In this document: piece after piece, positions 37,647 through 41,703 of the stretch
Layout of the letters: the number at the start of each line of letters is the position of its first letter
How positions within the stretch are numbered: the stretch's first letter is position 1
Sequence record: DRR723986_3509
Direction: 5' to 3' (one strand)
DNA length: 41,703 nucleotides
The notes under the pieces: generated by a model
The model's input: the letters and a program-made list of their open reading frames with translations, nothing else
The model's database searches: none
What the model was told of the DNA's origin: nothing
Made by a program: the position numbers and the translations under genes

Positions 37647-39299
37647 TCAGGTATCGTCGCCGGACGGCCAGAGCAGGACCAGGGCGGCCCCCGCCAGCAG
37701 CCAGCTCAGCAGCGGCGCCTCACCGAGTTGCTGCAGGCCACCGGGCAGGGCGAGCACGAGGGCCCCGGCCAGACAGGCCGCGGCGGCGAACATATTGCGC
37801 CGCCGCTGGCGCCGCTCGCGCGCGCTGCGCGCGGTGAGCTGCTCCAGGCGCTGTTTCTCCAGCAGGTAGCGACGCTCGGCGTCGCGGGCATGCTGCAGGT
37901 TGTCCAGCAGGGTATCCGGCAGCTGGGGCAGTTGCTCCAGCCAGGAGGGGGCATGGCGCTGCATGCGCTTCAACATGGATTGTGGGGAGTAGCGTTCCTC
38001 GACCCATTTCTCCAGGAATGGCTGGGCGGTGTCCCACAGGTTGAGCTCCGGGTAGAGCTGGCGGCCCAGTCCCTCGATATTGAGCAGGGTCTTCTGCAGC
38101 AACACCAGCTGCGGCTGGACCTTCATATCAAAACGGCGAGCGGTGCGGAACAGGTAGATCAACAGCTGGCCGAAGGAAATCTCGCTGATCGGCCGCTCGA
38201 AAATGGGTTCGCAGACCGCCCGCATGGCCGATTCGAAATCCTGTACCCGGGTATCCGGTGCCACCCAGCCGCACTCCACATGCAACTGCGCGACCTCGTG
38301 GTAGTCACGCTGGAAGATTGCCAGCAGGTTGCGGGCGAGATAGTACTGGTCGGCGTCGCTGAGGCTGCCGATGATGGCGCAGTCGACGGCGATATAGCGC
38401 GGGTCGGCGGGATCGGTGGCGTCGACGAAAATATTGCCCGGGTGCATGTCGGCGTGAAAGAAACTGTCCCGGAACACCTGGGTAAAGAAAATTTCCACGC
38501 CCCGTTCACCGAGCAGCTTCAGGTCAGTCCCCCGGGCCCGCAGGGTGTCGAGGTCGGTGACCGGAATACCTTCAATGCGCTCCATCACGAACACATTGCG
38601 CCGGGTGTAGTCCCAGTAAACCTCGGGCACGTAGACCAGCTCACTGCCTTCAAAATTGCGCCGCAGCTGGGAGGCGTTGCCCGCTTCCCTTGCCAGGTCC
38701 AGTTCGTCGAGGATGGTGAGTTCGTAATCTGCGACCACTTCCACCGGGCGCAGGCGAGGCCCGTCCGGGAGGTAGCGTTCCACCAGCCGCGCGAGGGTGT
38801 ACAGCAGGGCGATATCCTGGCGAATTACGGCTTCGATTCCGGGCCGCAGGACCTTGACCACGACGTCGCTGCCGTCATCGAGGGTCGCCGCATGCACCTG
38901 GGCCACCGAGGCGGAGGCCATGGGTGTGGATTCGAAACTGGCGAACAACTCACTGACAGGCTTGCCCAGGGCCTGCTCGATGATTGCCACGGACTCCGCG
39001 TCAGGAAACGGGGGAACGTCGTCCTGCAGCCGGGCCAGTTCGTCTGCGAGGTCCTCCGGCAGCAGGTCGCGGCGGGTGGACAGCAATTGCCCGAATTTGA
39101 TGAACACCGGCCCGAGGTCTTCGAGCGCCTTGCGCAGGCGCACCCCCCGGGGCAGGTCGCTGCTGCCGGTCAGGCGCCAGGGGTTGAGCGACAGCAGCAG
39201 CCGTGGCAGTGGTGGCAGCAGGTCCGGGCTGACCAGCTCGTCGAGGCGGTAATGGCCGGCTACGCGGGCAATGCGAGCCAATCTGAGGATGCGTGACAC
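37647..39299 (-). CDS. ubiB: Ubiquinone biosynthesis kinase-like protein UbiB
   Basis: Motifs [34 protein letters not shown] and [10 protein letters not shown]. Confidence 0.95.
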   Translation of the reverse strand: MSRILRLARIARVAGHYRLDELVSPDLLPPLPRLLLSLNPWRLTGSSDLPRGVRLRKALEDLGPVFIKFGQLLSTRRDLLPEDLADELARLQDDVPPFPDAESVAIIEQALGKPVSELFASFESTPMASASVAQVHAATLDDGSDVVVKVLRPGIEAVIRQDIALLYTLARLVERYLPDGPRLRPVEVVADYELTILDELDLAREAGNASQLRRNFEGSELVYVPEVYWDYTRRNVFVMERIEGIPVTDLDTLRARGTDLKLLGERGVEIFFTQVFRDSFFHADMHPGNIFVDATDPADPRYIAVDCAIIGSLSDADQYYLARNLLAIFQRDYHEVAQLHVECGWVAPDTRVQDFESAMRAVCEPIFERPISEISFGQLLIYLFRTARRFDMKVQPQLVLLQKTLLNIEGLGRQLYPELNLWDTAQPFLEKWVEERYSPQSMLKRMQRHAPSWLEQLPQLPDTLLDNLQHARDAERRYLLEKQRLEQLTARSARERRQRRRNMFAAAACLAGALVLALPGGLQQLGEAPLLSWLLAGAALVLLWPSGDDT

Positions 39300-39305
39300 G
39301 CCGGA

Positions 39306-39950
39306 TTACCCGGAGCGCTGCTCGAGCCGGCGCCGCAGCCGCGCCGCCCGTGACTGCAGGCGCTCAACCCGGAGGCCGAGTTCCTGCACGTCGCGGTAGA
39401 AATCCTCGAGTTCCAGCCGCGGTGGGCTGAGCCGTGCTTCCTCGTGGATGAACTCATCCAGCTGGCGGGTGAGGCTGGTTCCGGCTTCCCGGCCCCAGCT
39501 GAAGCCGGCGCGCAGCATCTGGGCCAGCTGGTGCCCGGCGACATCTCCCAGGGTCTCCACCAGCGGGGCTTCCCAGTCGAGGTCGAGGCGGCCAAGCACC
39601 TGCTGCAGCTCGATCAGGGGACCGCTGTTGCCCTCCAGCACCAGTTGGCTGTTGATCAGGGTGGCGGTCGGGTCCGGCGCCGTGGCCAGCTCGGCAAAGT
39701 CCGCGGCACTGCCGGTAACCCGGGTGGTTACCGGACCGTCGTAGGCACCCATCAGGCGGATGGAGCCCGTGTCAGTGGTCGCCAGGAACACGGTGATGGC
39801 CGGGGTGGTGCAGGCCAGGGCGAACACGGAGTCCGCCAGGGAAGCGAGTTCCCGCTTGCTGGCCGGCGCCAGCTCCAGGGCCCGGTTGGCGGCGGCCTCC
39901 AGGGCAGCCAGGCCCGCGGTGTGCAGGGCCGGGTCGATGACGTCGGCCAT
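39306..39950 (-). CDS. ubiJ: Ubiquinone biosynthesis accessory factor UbiJ (SCP2 domain)
   Basis: Lies between ubiE and ubiB, with LDLDWE...GDVA and a C-terminal coiled coil. Confidence 0.88.
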   Translation of the reverse strand: MADVIDPALHTAGLAALEAAANRALELAPASKRELASLADSVFALACTTPAITVFLATTDTGSIRLMGAYDGPVTTRVTGSAADFAELATAPDPTATLINSQLVLEGNSGPLIELQQVLGRLDLDWEAPLVETLGDVAGHQLAQMLRAGFSWGREAGTSLTRQLDEFIHEEARLSPPRLELEDFYRDVQELGLRVERLQSRAARLRRRLEQRSG

Positions 39951-39951
39951 G

Positions 39952-40707
39952 TCAGGGCTTTACGCCGCGATGAACGGCGACGATGCCGCCGGTCATATTA
40001 TGGTATTCACAGCGGGTGAAACCGGCATCTTCCATCATGCCCAGCAGGGTTTCCTGGTCCGGGTGCATGCGGATCGATTCCGCGAGGTACTGGTAGCTTT
40101 CACTGTCATTGGCAACCAGCTTGCCCATCACCGGCAGGACCCGGAACGAGTAGGTATCGTAGGCCTTGCTCAGCAGCGGGTTGTCCGGTTTGGAAAACTC
40201 CAGGACCAGCAGTCGTCCCCCGGGGCGCAGCACCCGCAGCATGGAGCGCAGGGCGGTATTCTTGTCGGTGACATTGCGCAGGCCGAAGGCGATAGTGATG
40301 CAGTCGAAGCTGTCGTCCGGGAACGGCAGGAACTGGGCATCCGCCTGGACGAACTCGATATTGCCCAGCCGGCCCTGGTCAAGCAGTTTGTCACGCCCCA
40401 CCTGAAGCATGGAGTCGTTGATATCCGCCAGCACCACCCGGCCCTCGGGGCCCACGAGTTCGGCGAACCGGGCCGCGAGGTCGCCGGTGCCGCCGGCGAT
40501 GTCCAGCACCGCGTTGCCCTTGCGGACGCCACTGAGTTCGATGGTGAAGCGCTTCCAGATCCGGTGAATACCGCCGGACATCAGGTCATTCATCAGGTCG
40601 TAGCGGGCCGCCACGGAATGGAACACGTCGGCGACCATGCCCGCCTTGGCGTTCTTGTCGACTTCCCTGAAACCGAAGTCGGTCGTGTCCTTGTCGCTCA
40701 TGCCCAC
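39952..40707 (-). CDS. ubiE: Ubiquinone/menaquinone C-methyltransferase
   Basis: Motifs [41 protein letters not shown] and YQYLAESIR. Alternative start at 40701. Confidence 0.96.
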   Translation of the reverse strand: MGMSDKDTTDFGFREVDKNAKAGMVADVFHSVAARYDLMNDLMSGGIHRIWKRFTIELSGVRKGNAVLDIAGGTGDLAARFAELVGPEGRVVLADINDSMLQVGRDKLLDQGRLGNIEFVQADAQFLPFPDDSFDCITIAFGLRNVTDKNTALRSMLRVLRPGGRLLVLEFSKPDNPLLSKAYDTYSFRVLPVMGKLVANDSESYQYLAESIRMHPDQETLLGMMEDAGFTRCEYHNMTGGIVAVHRGVKP

Positions 40708-40790
40708 CCCGCGTGTGGCGAATTCAGGCGCATATTGTAGCGCGATGCGGCGGGCCGGTCAGTGGCGCCGTGCAGGCCCTGAGATTCAGC

Positions 40791-41180
40791 TCAAGGCTGG
40801 AAGTGAACGACCTGTACGTCAGGATCCCGGGTGGCGCCGGCGGCAGCCAGGCGATCGAGGTAATCCTGCCACCAGGCATCGTGCCTGGTGCACAGCTCGT
40901 AGAGGTAGTCCCAGGCGTAAAGCCCGGTGTCGTGGCCATCATCAAACACCAGCTGTATGGCGTAATGCCCCACCGGCTTGATACTGCTTATACCCACCTT
41001 GAGTTTGCCGGTCTGCAAGACTTCCTGCCCCGGGCCGTGCCCGCGTACCTCGGCGGAAGGCGAGTACACCCGCAGGTACTCGCAGCTCAGGCGATAGCTG
41101 TTGCCGTCGGCATAGCTGATTTCCAGCTCCCGCGAGCGGCGGTGCAGGTTGATGCCGACGGGCCGCTGTTCGCTGCTCAT
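40791..41180 (-). CDS. DUF971 (gamma-butyrobetaine hydroxylase N-terminal-like) protein
   Basis: Motifs EYLRVYSPSAEVRGHG and VGHYAIQLVFDDGHDTGLYAWDYL. Usual position downstream of hslU. Confidence 0.88.
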   Translation of the reverse strand: MSSEQRPVGINLHRRSRELEISYADGNSYRLSCEYLRVYSPSAEVRGHGPGQEVLQTGKLKVGISSIKPVGHYAIQLVFDDGHDTGLYAWDYLYELCTRHDAWWQDYLDRLAAAGATRDPDVQVVHFQP

Positions 41181-41189
41181 GGCGTGCTC

Positions 41190-41702
41190 CTAGAGGATGA
41201 ACCGGGACAGGTCTTCATCGGCGGACAGCTCCTGCAGCTGGCTGTCGACATAGGCGGTATCGATCAGCAGGCGGTTGTGCTCCAGGCCCAGGTCGGCGGC
41301 GGAGAACGAAGCGCCCTCAAGCAGCCGCTCCATGACCGTGTGCAGCCGGCGGGCCCCGATATTCTCGGTACGTTCGTTGACCTGCCAGGCGATTTCGGCA
41401 ATCCGGCGAACCCCGTCCGCGGCAAAGCTGACTTCCAGGCCCTCGGTGGCCAGCAGCGCCTGGTACTGTTCGGTCAGCGAGGCGCTGGGTTCTGTCAGGA
41501 TGCGCTCGAAGTCCTCCGGGCCGAGGGCGGCGAGTTCCACCCGTATCGGCAGGCGGCCCTGTAGTTCCGGTATCAGGTCGGAGGGCTTGGCCAGGTGAAA
41601 GGCGCCGGACGCGATGAACAGGATATGGTCGGTCTTGATCATGCCGTGCTTGGTACTGACGGTGGAGCCCTCTATCAGCGGCAGCAGGTCGCGCTGCACG
41701 CC
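41190..41702 (-). CDS. hslU: ATP-dependent protease ATPase subunit HslU (5' part outside the window)
   Basis: Motifs [42 protein letters not shown] and C-terminal DLSRFIL. Confidence 0.96.
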   Translation of the reverse strand, partial: GVQRDLLPLIEGSTVSTKHGMIKTDHILFIASGAFHLAKPSDLIPELQGRLPIRVELAALGPEDFERILTEPSASLTEQYQALLATEGLEVSFAADGVRRIAEIAWQVNERTENIGARRLHTVMERLLEGASFSAADLGLEHNRLLIDTAYVDSQLQELSADEDLSRFIL

Positions 41703-41703
41703 C

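Noticed and set aside
37728..39296. 522-aa plus-strand ORF
   Set aside because: Antisense shadow of ubiB.
1..41703. Mobile elements, prophage, CRISPR arrays, tRNA/rRNA genes or a compositionally foreign island
   Set aside because: None seen. Composition looks uniform by eye, intergenic spaces are short, and there is no integrase, transposase or periodic repeat.

Overview
Gene-dense, GC-rich core chromosomal segment of a gammaproteobacterium. Gene order and content resemble Cellvibrionales/Halieaceae or Pseudomonadales; this is an inference and no search was run. Left to right: partial glnA (minus strand, missed by the ORF track) with a sigma54 promoter and NtrC-like boxes; typA-dtd; a GNAT; a tandem cNMP-binding protein; parC; a YtjB/AhpA-like membrane protein with a degenerate cyclase-like domain; serB; a FimW-like PilZ protein; efp-epmA; a thioesterase; nhaC; a PQQ-dependent aldose dehydrogenase; a DMT transporter; a FAN1-like VRR-NUC nuclease coupled to a nuclease-fused DinG/XPD Fe-S helicase; a singlet-oxygen-type module (FAD oxidoreductase, DUF1365 and Cfa-like methyltransferase, resembling the furan fatty acid genes ufaD/ufaO/ufaM) divergent from rpoE(ECF11)-chrR; a three-gene transhydrogenase; a hemerythrin with a long C-terminal extension; an ABC exporter with MscS; an SDR; and the conserved hslU-DUF971-ubiE-ubiJ-ubiB-hisIE-tatABC block. 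I see no CRISPR array, RNA gene, transposase, integrase or prophage. The clearest non-coding signal is a back-to-back pair of TGATCC-N16-CGTA(A/T) sigmaE promoters. The best candidates for poorly described biology are the minimal sigmaE/furan-lipid module, the adjacent FAN1-like plus nuclease-helicase pair, and a set of non-canonical cyclic-nucleotide proteins around parC-serB. All family assignments come from motif recognition by eye.
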